Of a stretch of 64,000 nt of DNA, positions 13,564 to 27,039 are shown piece by piece. Made by a program: the position numbers and the translations under genes. The DNA is from Octopus vulgaris. Taxonomy: Eukaryota. The notes beneath the pieces are model-generated. The model did no database searches. It was not told the origin of the DNA and saw only the letters and a list, made by a program, of their open reading frames with translations. Location of the stretch: positions 54,870,001 to 54,934,000 of the forward strand of contig OX597815.1 in the NCBI GenBank assembly GCA_951406725.2, given 5' to 3'. Positions within the stretch are counted from its first letter, which is position 1. Each line of letters opens with the position of its first letter.

Positions 13564-14268
13564 GCATGTATATATATATATGTATATATATATGTGTGTG
13601 TATATATATATATGTATGTGTATATATGTATGTTTATATATGTATGTGTATATATGTATGTATGTATATATGTATGTGTATATATGTATGTATATATATG
13701 TATGTGTATATATGTATGTGTATATATGTATGTATATATATGTATGTGTATCTGCCGCATTATGTCGTACGTGAATGAGAGGATTTGCATCCCCAACCAA
13801 GAATTTTTGATGTAACACATGTCCTTGTGGAAGCTGTTGTGCGCGGCTGAAGAAGGCCACAGACATACATTATGCATTGTTATAAATCTGTCTAATAAAG
13901 GCCCGAAACATATGTACCGCTGAATCCTTCGCATCATGTTTTTATTTTATTTTGATCAATTTACTCCACCACCTACACCACCAAACGGTATACACAGGTG
14001 CTTATAATTATCAAGTACTCACCCCGAATTTCTATACTCAACTCACCTATGTATATATACATATATATATGTCCCAGGGTCGATGTGCTCGACTAAAGGC
14101 GGTGCTCCAGCATGGCCGCAGTCAAATGACTGAAACAAGTAAAAGAGTAAAAAAAGAGAAAAAGAGTATATATATATGTGTCTGTGTGTGTGTGAGAGAG
14201 AGAGAATTTACAAAAAGACAAAAGTCGAAGGCGGGTGTGTAAACAACAAACAGATGTATTAGTTTAAC
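10544..14268 (+). repeat. Tandem duplication of ~1.87 kb (10544-12409 and 12410-14268) including the 3' end of LONP1 exon 1 and its donor
   Basis: Near-identical copies (ORF pairs 10719/12585 and 12097/13952 are identical). 4-bp TAAC microhomology at 10544, 12410 and 14265. Copies differ mainly in microsatellite and poly-T lengths. Confidence 0.95.
11390..11895. repeat. (TA)n/(TATG)n/(TACA)n compound microsatellite, duplicated at ~13255-13750
   Basis: Directly visible. Produces the spurious YI-rich ORFs. Confidence 0.95.
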
Positions 14269-14804
14269 ACTGGGGAAGTGAGAAAATCTTTTATGCTTCG
14301 AGCCTATGCTCTTCAACAGAAAGGAACACAAAAATAAAGGAGAGGAAATAGTAAAAGGTTTAGTGGCTAACCATCTACCAAATGCCACACAGAGGGGTTA
14401 CACTGGAGAGCTATGAAGAAGGGGAAATGATAAAGTAGTTTTGATCCCAAAAGAAAGTGTGTGTGTATGCGAGAGCGTTATGTGCCTGTGGAAGGGGGCT
14501 GGTAACATTGACATGTGTAGGTGTGTGGATGATAGTGTAAATGCTGGGAAGTGGTCAGTGCTAGTGTGTGGGGGAAGCAAGGTTGGGGTCTAGCATGTGG
14601 GATGGTGGGGTTGGAATGTGTATAGGTGGGTAACATGCGAGCTCTGTGTGTGTGTATAATAAATACTGTATTTCAGCATGTGTGTGTACATATTGTATCT
14701 AAATTGCATATATTGTATGTCAATCATATTTCTAAATTTACTCAGTTTTTATCCCATTTTTAATTTGTATTTATTTCTCTTATTTTATTTTATTTTAATA
14801 AATA

Positions 14805-17800
14805 GATGAGGGGTGGATAGAGCTCTTCTGTTTACCCAAGCCTTGGTGAAGGCAGTTTATCTAGGAGAAAGCAACTCTGAATTTAAATACTTCTCTGCTG
14901 TCTTGTAGTTAGCCTTTGGTTGGGCAAAAACTGGGAGAAGGACACTCTGATATAAGACCTGTGACTGCAAATGCACCCAACAATGTCGACTTGCTCTTCT
15001 TTTTGGATTATTCTTTGTAGTTTAGAAAGTGCGAATGGTTGTTGTGCAAAACTTTTCCTCACTTTAAAAAGTGTTATGCACATATATTGCTGGAGAGGAA
15101 AAAGAAATGGACATTTTGTATGTACATGGCTGGCCGAAGCTTGAAAAGGCACATCAAAACAATGAAGGTTCATGTTGATAATGAAGTAAATGGCAAAAAT
15201 GTGGTCTGGCCTGGCGGGTGTCGCAGGGCACCACAGCCTGGATCCAGTCATCATCCTGCAACTGCGAGTAAATTCAAGTTAAGATGTAAGCTTTTGAATA
15301 TAGGATGTTGGAATGTTTGAACATTATTAGACAATGATTGTCTGAAATCTCATCCAGAGAGAAGATCCACGCTTGTTGCAAAAGTGTTACAGCAATATGA
15401 CATGGATGTTGTAGTGTTAGCCAAAACAAGAATTCATGGAATGGGGAATTTGGTAGAGAAATCTGCTGAGTATCATTTCTTTTGGAGTGGTAGAGAGGAG
15501 ACCCTATAAGAGAGAATCAGGAGTGTGATTTGCTATCAAAACCACTCTTGGCTTCAAAACTTGAGGAAATACTATGTGGTCATTCAGATTGTTTAATGTC
15601 TTTAAAACTGCCATTAAGAAAAGGTTGCTATGCAACACTCATAAGTGCATATGCTCCAACTATGAATTCATCAGAGGATGATAAACTTGCCTTCTATCTA
15701 TCACTTACAGAGATTATACGCAATATCCCCCATGATGACAAAGTTGTCATTTTGGGTGATTTTAATGCTCACGTTGGTGCAGATTGGGAGACTTGGGGTG
15801 TCCTAGGAAAGCATAGGGTCGGGAGTTCCAACAGTAATGGTTTGCTACTGTTACAAATGTGGATAGAGATGGATTTGTGTGTCATGAATACAATGTTTCA
15901 ACTAAAGAATAAGTATAAAACGACATGTACTCTGGTTCTAAGAAATGGCATCTTATAGATTACATCCTCACCAGGAAACGATATACTTGGGACTTTGCTA
16001 TTGTATGAGTGATGCGTGGTGCAGAGTGCTGGACTGATCATAGGCTTTTGTGCATGAAGGTGAATTTTGTTGGCAAGTCTAAGGTTCAAGCAAATAACAT
16101 CAAATTACCTAAACGGATTGATGTGAATAAACTTAAGATTCTGTTAGTATGCAGTGAGTTTGTGAGTGAGATAAATAATTTGTCCTGTGATGGAAGCTGA
16201 AAGTCATTCAAAGAAAGAGTGTACGAGATTTGTAGTAACATTCTTGGCTTTGTTGTAAAAAAACATCAAGATTGGTTTGACGTTAATGATGAAGAAGTTA
16301 ATCTTATCTTAGAGGAGAAGTGAAAGGCATTTAACATGTTGCAAAATGTTGAGATGTCAATGAACAGGACAGTGGCTACATTTTTCAAGGCAGTAAAAGC
16401 AACAGTGCAGAGGAAGCTACGGATGATGCAGGAAAATTAGTGGAGTGATAGATACGATGAAATCCAAGAAGCTTCAAATGCTAACAATTCCAAAATTTTT
16501 TACTCTCTCTTGAAAAAAGTTTAAGGACCAGTTTCATCAAAAGTCGTGCCACTTCAGAGCAAGGATGGCACAGAATTATTAACAAATCCTAAAGATATTC
16601 TTGGGAGATGGAAAGAACATTTTGATGAGTTTCTCAATAGACCCACTGAAGTTGATCTCTCTTTTCTTGATAATATACCTGAGAGATTAATAAAACATCT
16701 TATAGCAGAAGTTCCAAACCTGGCTGAAATAAAAGCAGCAATCAGGAAATTGAACAATGGAAAGGCCCCTGGTATGGATGGACTAGTTGCAGAGATATAT
16801 AAATATGGTGGTGATCATCTTTGTGCAATGTTGACTTTTGTGATTCAGAGGGTTTGGCAAAGTAAAGAGGTTCCTCCGGATTGGTGTGATGCGACTATGG
16901 ACATACTATATAACTCTAAAGGTGGAAAGGATGTCTGTGATAATTATCGCGGCATCTGTCTGTTAGCTGTTGCTGGAAAGGTCCTCTGTAGAGTAATGCT
17001 GGATAGATTGCTTCTGCACATTGCTCATGAAGTTCTACTAGAATTGCAATGTGGGTTTAGGGATAGTAGGAATACTATGGATATGATATTTTTGGTTAGA
17101 CAGTTGCAAGAGAAGTGCATCGAACAGGATATGGACTTATACCAAGTTTTCATTGACCTAACAAAAGCATTTGATTCTATCAATAGAATTTCACTTTGGG
17201 AGATCCTAAAAAAGCTAAGATGCCCTGAAAAATTTGTGAGAATGTTTAGACAATTTCATGACAAGATGGAAGTGAGAGTTAATGTTAGAAGTACCTTATC
17301 AGATCCAATTTCTGTAGAAAATGGTGTAAAGAATGGTGATATTCCTGCTTCTACACTGTTTGCTATATATTTCACAATAGTCTTTCAAACAGCTTTTAAA
17401 GATTGCCCTGAAGGGGTCTATATAAGATATAGGACAATGGGAAAACTGTTCAATCTCAAAAGACTATGTGCCAAAACAAAAGTTCTGCATTCTCACCTTG
17501 TTGCGTTTCTGCATGCAGATGATTGTGACCTGTTGACACATTCTCAGAAAGATATATAGCACATGGTGAATGCAATTTCTGCAGCATGTGCAGCATTGAG
17601 TCTAATAATCAATCTAAAAAAAACTGTTATAATGTACAAGCCCACTCCCTCCAAGATGTATGTGGAACCTTTTATAACTGTGAATGTCAAAGGTTGGAGG
17701 CTGTACCAAGATTTATTTATTTAGGAAGTACCTTGAGCACTACTGGTCTTGATGAAATTTCATGCAGAATCAGCAGGGCTAGTAGTGCTTTTGATAGGCT

Positions 17801-18716
17801 TGATAGGCGTCTGTGGAAGCAACATAATATATCTTCACAAATTAAAGTTATGGTATATAACATATGCATCCTCCCATCATTGCTATATGGAAGTGAGGCA
17901 TGGGTTGTTTACTGTAGGCAGGTAAGGCAATTGGAATGATTTCATCAATACTGTCTGAGAAAAATTTGGGGGATAAACTGGAAAATGGCCCTTAATAATG
18001 TGGAGGTGCTTGAGAGAAGTGGCAGTAGAAGTATAGAGTCAATGATTTTGCAAAGATGTTTGAGGTGGGAGGGAACATTTAGGAAGGATGTGTGATGAGT
18101 GACTGCCCAAGCAGCTATTGTATGGTGAGCTGGAAGTGGCAGGAGACCAGCACATAAGCCTAAACTAAGGTTTAAGGATTGCCTTAAAAATGCTCTAATA
18201 CAAACAGGAATTGCAGCTGGTAATTGGGAGAGGGAGGCACAAGACTGTGATGGATGATGGAAGATAGTGCATGATGGTTGTTCAAAGTTTGAGAGGGGGA
18301 GAGTGAAGTATGAGAATTAGAAGGGGGGCTTGTGAAGAGTGAGAGAGTGTTGGTTTTTTTATGTGTATGGTTTGTGGGCGGAGATGTTTGAGTCATGCAG
18401 GCCTGGTGAGCCATAAAAATTCTCATAGAAATCGACCCATGATAAACAATGATGTGACTATTAAAATACATAACGTGTGTAAAATGTGGAAGGGTATGCC
18501 TCTCAGTTGGAGGTCTAAAAGACATGTTAAGTGAGTGCATATAATGGCACCTGTTTCTCCTGCCAGCCAGCACAATTGTCTAGTATGTAATAAAGTGTGT
18601 AAAAGCTTCACCAGGCTTAAAAGTCATATAAGGGCATCACATGGCAATACTCATGAATCATTTCAGTAAATCTTCTTGACAGTGGCTTTTCTCGTGTAAC
18701 GAGGATGAAGCTGCCA
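14805..18716 (+). mobile_element. Near-full-length degenerate RTE-clade LINE (APE endonuclease, RT, three C-terminal C2H2 fingers)
   Basis: NIGCWNV, ISAYAPT, LGDFNAHVG, CWTDH (APE). KAPGMDG, NYRGICLL, QCGFR, FIDLTKAFD, LHADD, FIYLGS, LLYGSEAW (RT). Multiple stops and frameshifts. The 3' end runs into (TA)n. Confidence 0.92.
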
Positions 18717-18737
18717 TGTATACATACATATATATAT

Positions 18738-18965
18738 ATCATCATCATCGTTTAACGTCCGCTTTCCATGCTAGCATGGGTTGGACGGTTCAACTGGGGT
18801 CTGGGAAGCTAGAAGGCTGCACCAGGCCCAGTCTGATCTGGCAGTGTTTCTACAGCTAGATGCCCTTCCTAACGCCAACCACTCCGTGAGTGTAGTGGGT
18901 GCTTTTTATGTGCCACCAGCACAGGTACCAGACGAGGCTGGCAACGGCCACAATCAGATGGTGCT
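18738..18965 (-). mobile_element. Short 3'-end copy of the RTE family at 41568-46200
   Basis: CATCATCATCGTTTAACGTCCG...CTAGCATGGGTTGGACGG matches the 3' end at ~41570. Confidence 0.85.
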
Positions 18966-18998
<33 letters not shown>

Positions 18999-19123
18999 TT
19001 CTATATATATGTATGTATTTCTATATATATGTATATATATATATGCATGTTTGTATATATATATGCATGTATTTCTATATGTATGTATATATATATGCAT
19101 GTTTGTATATATATATATGCATG

Positions 19124-19170
<47 letters not shown>

Positions 19171-19679
19171 GTATGTATATATACATGTGTATGTATGTAC
19201 ATATATACATGTATGTATATACATACATAAATATATATATATATATACTATATATGTGGAAAATCGGTGTGTGTTTGTTTGTGGCATTGTTAGCTAACTC
19301 CTCCTACATTGTTTTATTGATTTTGATGAAGCTTGACACATTAGTAGAACTCATGTCTGGTAACCTCGTGATATACTTAGATTGTTAAAAAGATCGATAA
19401 TACGGCCCTAGGAAGGGACCTTTATATCTACCTCATATAACTAATTTTTTTAAAAACCCAAGGGAAATAACCCATAGCACCTGTACAATATTTTTTTTAA
19501 ACACTCAAGGTAAATAACCCATTTCATTGTTTATGTTCAATTATTTTGAATAATGATTTTGTGTGTGTCCTATTTCTTAGGTGGATTTCCACCTCAGCAT
19601 CCAAAACTAGGAGTTTTATCATGGCTACCGAATAATTGCCACATATTAAATTTACAGATATATATACATATATACATAC

Positions 19680-19712
<33 letters not shown>

Positions 19713-20236
19713 CATATGTGTATGTATACATATATACATATATGATGATGATGATGATATACGTATGTGTATGTATATATATATACATAAAACTTACTTG
19801 GAAATGGCTGCGTGGCATTCCATCATATAATAACAAAATAATAAATAAAACATATGCATATATACATACATATATGTACGTACCTACATGTATATGTATA
19901 TATACATTCATATATGGGTACAGGACACCAAAAAAACATCGAACACAATGAGAAATGAAAACATAAAAACAAAACCAAGGAAACGGACATTTTTTTAAAC
20001 AACAAAAAAAGCAGAGTAAAAGATATACAACACAAGGAAAATTCCCCTTAAAATTCCGTGCAGCACGGAATTTTGTCAGTAACAGGTCACGGTCTCAAAG
20101 CGCCGAAAATATTTTGACAAATTAAATTCAAATGTTGAAGTAAATCTAACGATCTTGTGTGTTTCTTAAATGGCTTATAAACACCTTCCACGCTGCAATT
20201 GTTATATATATATATACATATTTATATATACATATT

Positions 20237-20290
<54 letters not shown>

Positions 20291-20488
20291 TATATGTATA
20301 TATACACATGTATATTTATATATATATACGTATATATATATATATGTATATATACACATATATATTTATATATATACATACATACAAGATAAGAAAATGG
20401 AGAAATATTGGATATATGTTATCCCATGAAGGGTTGCATTTACAACCCCTATCTCAATTTGTATATATATATATATATATATATATGT

Positions 20489-20772
20489 TATCATCAACAT
20501 CATCGTTTAAGGTCTGTTTTCCATGCTAGAATGGGTTGGACAGTTCGACCAGGGTCTGGGAAGCGAGGAGGCTGCACTAGGCTCCAGTCTGATCTGGTAG
20601 TGTTTCTACAGCTGGATGCCCTTCCTAACGCCAGCCACTCTGTGAGTGTAGTGGGTTCTTTTTATGTGCCACTGGTATAGGGGCTAGAGGAGGCTGGCAA
20701 CAGCCACGATAGGTTGATGCTTTTTACGTACCACTGGCATTGAAGCCAGTCATGGTGGCGGTGGCATCGGCC
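20489..20772 (-). mobile_element. Short 3'-end copy of the same RTE family
   Basis: Same (CAT)n-CGTTTAA...GGATGCCCTTCCTAACGCC 3' UTR, embedded in (TA)n. Confidence 0.8.
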
Positions 20773-20879
20773 ATATATGTATATATTTATGTATGCATAT
20801 ATGTATAAATGTCTGCATATATGTGTGTATATATATATATATAGATAGATAGGTTTATATAGTTAAATATATACACATG

Positions 20880-21752
20880 GAAGTTAATTTGTAGGCAAAA
20901 TTTACAAAGACTGTTTGAGCATATAAAGCTCTAGAAGAAAATAGCTTGGGTGAAAAATCTCAAGAAACTTTAGGATAACCTTATGTAATTATTGACCACT
21001 CATTGGACTGGTTGAAATCCCATTGGTTCGTAATAAAGGCTTATCAGCTGTATGTGCCCCATAGCATTCATACAGAGTACAAAAAATTTTAAATTAGTAA
21101 AGTAATGTTGTAGGGAGAACATACAATACTGTAAAGACAAAGATATTTACACACAACAAAAGTGAAATACACTGAAGTTAATTTTTAGGTAGATGTAGGA
21201 AAACTGAATTTAAACACTAGGTGAACAAAAGTTAAAAAAACAACTAAATAATATTTCAGGAAGGACATACAAAAACTGTAAGAACAGAGATTTTTATGCA
21301 TGACTAATTGAAATATATGGCTGTCAATTTGTAGACAGAAGTTTGTGTGAGAGTTAAAGAGAGATCAAGAGAGAGAATGAAGGAAACAGACACAGACTAA
21401 AAGAGAGGAAATATTACAGATGGTGAGAGAGAGTATGTGTTAGCAAGAGAAACAGAGAATGAGAAAAAGAGAGAGAATCAGTTGAAAACCTTAGAAGTAT
21501 AAGAGAGAGAATTGGTTGAAAACTGCAGAAGTTTTTTAGAGAAAAACCTGTGTGAAACACCTTTTTTCCTGGTTTCTTGCTTTACAAGGGAATTCTTGGA
21601 AAAATGTTCTAGTGCTTGACCATCCTTGGCACATAAGTAATGCGTGAGTAAAGTTTGGGGAAAATCAGTTAAAAACTGTAGAAATGCATACGTACTACAC
21701 ACACACACGCACACACACACTCACACACATCCTTTGTTTTATATATTATAGA
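20880..21752 (-). mobile_element. Possible non-autonomous Helitron-like element (5' end at 21752)
   Basis: Minus strand begins A|TCTATAATATATAAAAC, then a (TG)n tract and ...GATTTTCCCCAAACTTTACTC, a layout typical of short Helitron 5' ends. No 3' hairpin or CTRR found, and the left boundary is uncertain. Confidence 0.35.
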
Positions 21753-22781
21753 TGCCTGACAAGTTCATTCTGAGTTTCCATCAAAATAAACATTAAATAT
21801 ATCTCCAGTTTCACTCTTCTGCATCACTTTGGTTTGAATTTTAAAAATGAAATATCAACATCCAACCCAATGATAAGTAACACACCATATGGTAAAGAAG
21901 AAAATATGACGTGCACACTAAGACTGCATATCGTAAAAAATTTGGTATGTACAATGTGTTTTTAACAAGGAGTGGGGTTCAGTATATCTGAACTATAGAT
22001 TCATGGCTCACTCCAAATTGATTGACTGACTACTTAAAGTTTTTTTTGTATAATGTCACTTAGAGGCTCCAAAATTTAGATTGATAGTTAGTCATATATT
22101 CTTTTTAGGTCATTCACAATGTGAATTAATTTGCATGTGTAGACAATGACCACACTAAAATTTAATGGAGTTTTCAAATATTTTATGAACTCCCATTGTT
22201 TTATCTCTACATGTACATACAGTAAATTAATAGAACAACATTCTTCTACATATAATTTGCTGAATAATAGGAAAATTGTGCAAGGAGTATAAATCACTGC
22301 ATATAATTAATGTGTTACTTGACATATACATTGTGTTTGATTAGCAATGTTGTTTGAGCACTGGATTAAAAGTGTTGCAATATTTCTTCCAGTACTCTGC
22401 CTTTTGAGTTTAAATCTTGGTGAGATTAATTTTATCTTTCATTATCAGCCAAGAGCTAGTGCAACCCTCTTTTCCACCAGGGATTACGTCCTGCATTTCT
22501 GCTGGATCAAGAGTGAGAAGGCCAGGAATAGTAAATTTTTTGCTCAGGACTCCATGGGCACCTAAAGTAATTAAAGAAAGCATGGTACATGCTGTCAGGT
22601 CTTATTTGATTCTGGGTGATGACAACAGTGTGTGTGCTTGTGATTGGACAAATTCATTCAAAGTTTACCTTTGAAGAACGCTTCAAAGCAGAGTTAATAG
22701 TGGGATACTATATCACTCCGTCGAACAGGACAAAACACAAAAAGAATTTTTTTTGTTTTTCTTTCCTTTTTCTGTCTAGAT

Positions 22782-22900
22782 CAGTGGTTCTCAACCAGGG
22801 TTCAAATGGCCCTTGAGGGTCCATGTAAGATTTTGTGGAGCCCACTATTGTATTTTGAGGGTCCCTAAAAAACTTTTGCTTTAGCTGTATGTATTGCAAG
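22782..22900 (+). mobile_element. hAT-Charlie type MITE end
   Basis: CAGTGGTTCTCAACC terminus immediately preceded by GTCTAGAT (NTCTAGAN target preference). Partner end not found. Confidence 0.6.
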
Positions 22901-23033
22901 ATAGCTGCCATTTCTAATAGTGTAAACTCTTAGTATTAATGGTGATTTTTGTGCTATTGTTGTATAACTCTTGTGTGGGTGAAGCATCCCAATGTAACAA
23001 TACTATCAGATTTCATCAATTTCAAATTGACAA

Positions 23034-25793
23034 AGGGATCTTTTATTCTAGAATTTCATCACTGATGAATAGAGAATATACTTTCAAGAACAAATGTCAT
23101 ACCTTGACCTGTCAAATATAGGAACATTCCATATTTGGAGACTATGTCAACAAATTTGAATTATTTATGCTCAGTGAGACAATTTCAGTTGCAACATATG
23201 TGCCTCACTTATGCACATGGGAAACCAACATCAAATGATGAGAACAGTAGTGATGATGGTCACGATAGTTGTAATGATAGTATTAATGATAAAGACGATG
23301 TTGCTGGTAGTAGTGATGGAGATTGCTACATCCCTAAAATGATTTTCTGAAGCCCCAATCAGTTTTGATTGAGCAGATAAACAATGGAGATGAATTTTTA
23401 TTGCTTAGCACTATATTAGCCCTATATGAGCAGACCTATATTAAAAGGTGTTCCATCTATGATTGCCTCAACTAACCTTCGTACATTATCCTTCCACTTT
23501 TAAAGACAGTATTGTGTTATTTAAGTGAGACTTGGTTGCTATTTCTAGCAAGTTGACTGACCATGCTGAGGATTGTGATAAGGTCAATGCAGGTGATGGA
23601 TTAGATAAGGTATCATAGATTGTGAGGACAAGTCTGCTGTAAACACTTATATGCAGCATGCTTTAATCTATGATTTTCAGCTTAATTAACTGTTAAGAAT
23701 GGACACCAAATCATCTAAGAATGCTATCTGAAATGTCCTGTCTATGGGAGGAAAATTTATCTTTCCACTCCTTAACATTCCAAAACCACAACTCAGCAGC
23801 ATCTCTTAATGACTTTACAGAACTTTGAGAGCTTTTACAAATCTAGACAAGAGAAATGTCAAATAGAAAAAATTTAAGAAATTAAAATGAAGATTCAACT
23901 TCGAATGTAATTCAATAACAATACAAAATTCTAGATTTCATTCCTAATGATCAGAATGCTTTTCTTTTCTTGTTTTTTACTGCATTTGTTTTCTTTTTCT
24001 TTTTTTCTTTTAACACATTGTTAAAAGAGGTTCATGTATTGGCATACAATGCTTTGGATTATATACAATATGGTTATGCTACAAGATGTTATAAGAGCTG
24101 TAGAATTATGTTCCTCAGCAAAGTACCTGTCTTTCTCAAATTTACTTTCCTGAACAGAAAACATGCTTTATTTTTGTAGTTTAGCTATAAAGACTGTTGT
24201 TCCATCAAACAAAACATCACTTTCATCTAAGCCTGACAAAAAAGGGTGTTAAAAAAGAAAATAAAAAGTAGATAGAGATTTAGTGTTGCAATTTAATTCT
24301 AGATGTTATGGTAGGGAAAGTGTTGTTTAACCTCTGGTCAGCTCTAATCAGGGAGGCCTACTATCAAAGATTATTGGCCATGATAATCTTGTCTGTTTTC
24401 AGTTATATTGTATAAAGAACTTTAGTATTTAATATGTTCTAATTTTTTTTAAGAGCACAGAGTGTGACATGTGCGAGATTTAGCTGCCATATCTAATAGT
24501 GTAAACTCTTAGTATCAATGGTGGCTTTTGTGTTATTGTAGAACTTTCATATGAGTGCTATAATGAAAGTGTCCCAGTGTAACAATACTATTTTTTATTC
24601 CAAAGTAATTTAGCCAGAACTAAGTTATCATGTGTATCCTTCTTAAGATGTTAGGATGTAACTTGAGCAGAATTAGCTATTTCTAACAGATCAAACGACA
24701 AAATGGCATTCCTTCATAGACTTGTATAAACTTTACTGGAGTCCACTATAACAGTGTAAGACAGATTTGAAAAAATTTCTGCAAATCCCTTGAATATCAC
24801 ATATATAACTGTAAACAAATTACAATGATTACTGTGATGTTAATAATGAGAATGATGATTATAATGGTGCTGCTGCTGATGATGATGATGATAGAGATGA
24901 AGGTGATGATGACAATAAAGTGATGGTGGTTGGGGGGGGGCAAGTATAAGTTAGCTGAATTTTTGTTAGAACTCCTGCTGAGCTGATGATTCAGATTTAG
25001 CTGTTGTGAAAAATAAATCAAATCCTTCTTAATATAGTTAATCTTGAATTCTGTCTGTTTCTTCAGAAACTACTGTGTAATCTTTCCATCTCCACTCACA
25101 GACCTTCTTAATGTTAATACATGCAATATTTTCTAGAAAGAATAATTGACACGAAAGCATGCCTCCTTTGTAATCAAAATCTTAAGAACACTCATAGTTT
25201 GTCTTAACCTACATTTATCAAATCTAAATGACATCTAACACTGTTAACTACCTGCATTGACCTTATCACAATCCTCAGCATGGTCAGTCAACTTGCTAGA
25301 AATAGCAACCAAGTCTCACTTAAATCACAATACTGTCTTTAAAAGTGGAAGGATAATGTACGAAGGTTAGTTGAGGCAATCATAGATGGAACACCTTTTA
25401 ATATAGGTCTGCTCATATAGGGCTAATATAGTGCTAAGCAATAAAAATTCATCTCCATTGTTTATCTGCTCAATCAAAACTGATTGGGGCTTCAGAAAAT
25501 CATTTTAGTGATGTAGCAATCTCCATCACTACTACCAGCAACATCGTCTTTATCATTAATACTATCATTACAACTATCGTGACCATCATCACTACTGTTC
25601 TCATCATTTGATGTTGGTTTCCCATGTGCATAAGTGAGGCACATATGTTGCAACTGAAATTGTCTCACTGAGCATAAATAATTCAAATTTGTTGACATAG
25701 TCTCCAAATATGGAATGTTCCTATATTTGACATTTGTTCTTGAAAGTATATTCTCTGTTCATCAGTGATGAAATTCTAGAATAAAAGATCCCT
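23034..25793. repeat. Inverted duplication with ~550-bp arms (23034-23594 and 25250-25793)
   Basis: Near-identical ORFs 23135..23350(+) and 25492..25707(-). The arms are reverse complements apart from a few substitutions and a ~15-bp indel. Confidence 0.95.
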
Positions 25794-26039
25794 CTTTTTT
25801 ATTAATATAAAAAAATTAAATTTCAAATAATTGTTGACTACTTATGTAAAGTAAAATTAAACTTAGCATTGCAAGTTTTGTGAAGCTTAATTCAATGTCT
25901 TAGCCATTGATACAGCACAATACCAGAGAGAGAGAGCACAAACTACCTGACTCCACAAGTTAGGTGAGGTATGGAGGCATGCAGTATTGCAGCATGTTAC
26001 TGCATCCACCATTTATCAGTATTTGCTTAGATCATCCCA

Positions 26040-26310
26040 AAAACCCTTTGTGAGCAGTATTCCAGTCAGTCTTCATTTCTGTGAGATACTTCTTCATCCA
26101 CTATGACCATGTGGCATGTGGCCAACTAACATGATCTGTCACCCTAGCTGGACCTTCAGAGAAGAGAACACAATATGCAAGATCCAACTCAGCAACATGG
26201 CCAAACAGTCTGAACTGACACTCCTGAATCATACATGTAACAGGGTACATCCAAGTTTGTGAGTATAGTTGTTGGTTGGACATGCAATCTGACCAGTGGT
26301 AACTCAATCT
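26040..26310 (-). mobile_element. Old RTE-like RT C-terminal fragment
   Basis: YHWSDCMSNQQLY...IQECQFRLFGHVA motif. Confidence 0.6.
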
Positions 26311-27039
26311 CAGTGTTTCTAAATTGTGTGTGTAAGAGAGATCTCAGCTGGAACATCTGTGATCATGTCTGCTGGATCAGGGTTGAGCAATGACACCGTC
26401 ACAAAAACAGTTGTTCAAGAAGTCTGAGAGAAATTGGAATTAACAATACCAATTAATGAGGTACTATTTCATCACCTGCACAAAGGTATAGCCAACTAAT
26501 TAAGAAGTTGAATTTGAAATCATGGATCCCTGCATTTGGACCCACTCCATGGCTTCTTCAGTAAGTGTCTTTTGTTGTAGCCTTGGGTCAGCCATTGCCT
26601 TTTGAGAGAAATTGGATAAATGAAAACTATATAGAAGCTCATTGGATAGATTGTATGTGTAATTCAAAGATGCCAGCCTTGCCACAATGTTACGTGTTGC
26701 CTTTTATCTTTACAGAATGAATCAATAAAGTACTAACCTAGGGCAGTTAACTGGCAGAATCATTAGGACATCAAACAGGGTGTTTTCTGGCTCTTGATAT
26801 TCCTAATGGTAGACTTAATCCATTACCTAGTTTAACATAACCACCTGGTTATTGAGTATAATCTAATCAGTTGCAAGCATTCAGACCAAGTCACCAACTT
26901 GAGGATAACTTTCTCCCATCCTCCTTCCTGCCAGTTGCTAGAGGACTGTAAAGAGTCATAAGTACTGCATGTTGGATTCATTAGTGGGTATTTTTTCAGT
27001 TGTTTGATCCACCGAACTACCTACTCATTGAATTAATAT

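Noticed and set aside
11301-13937. YI/IY/MY-rich ORFs here and at ~18.9-20.5, 41.2, 47.9, 52.7, 57.6 and 62.4 kb
   Set aside because: Translations of (TA)n/(TG)n microsatellites.
14290-14325. Minus-strand hammerhead-like TTGAAGAGCATAGGCTCGAAGC
   Set aside because: The core has lost CUGA and GAAA, and there is no stem I; at most a relic.
20050-20074. Perfect 12-bp hairpin AAAATTCCGTGC-A-GCACGGAATTTT
   Set aside because: Real, but short and inside a repeat fragment; no function can be supported.
23135-23350. Duplicated 71-aa ORF as a gene pair
   Set aside because: By-product of the inverted duplication and a (GAT)-rich tract; TTG start and no splice signals.
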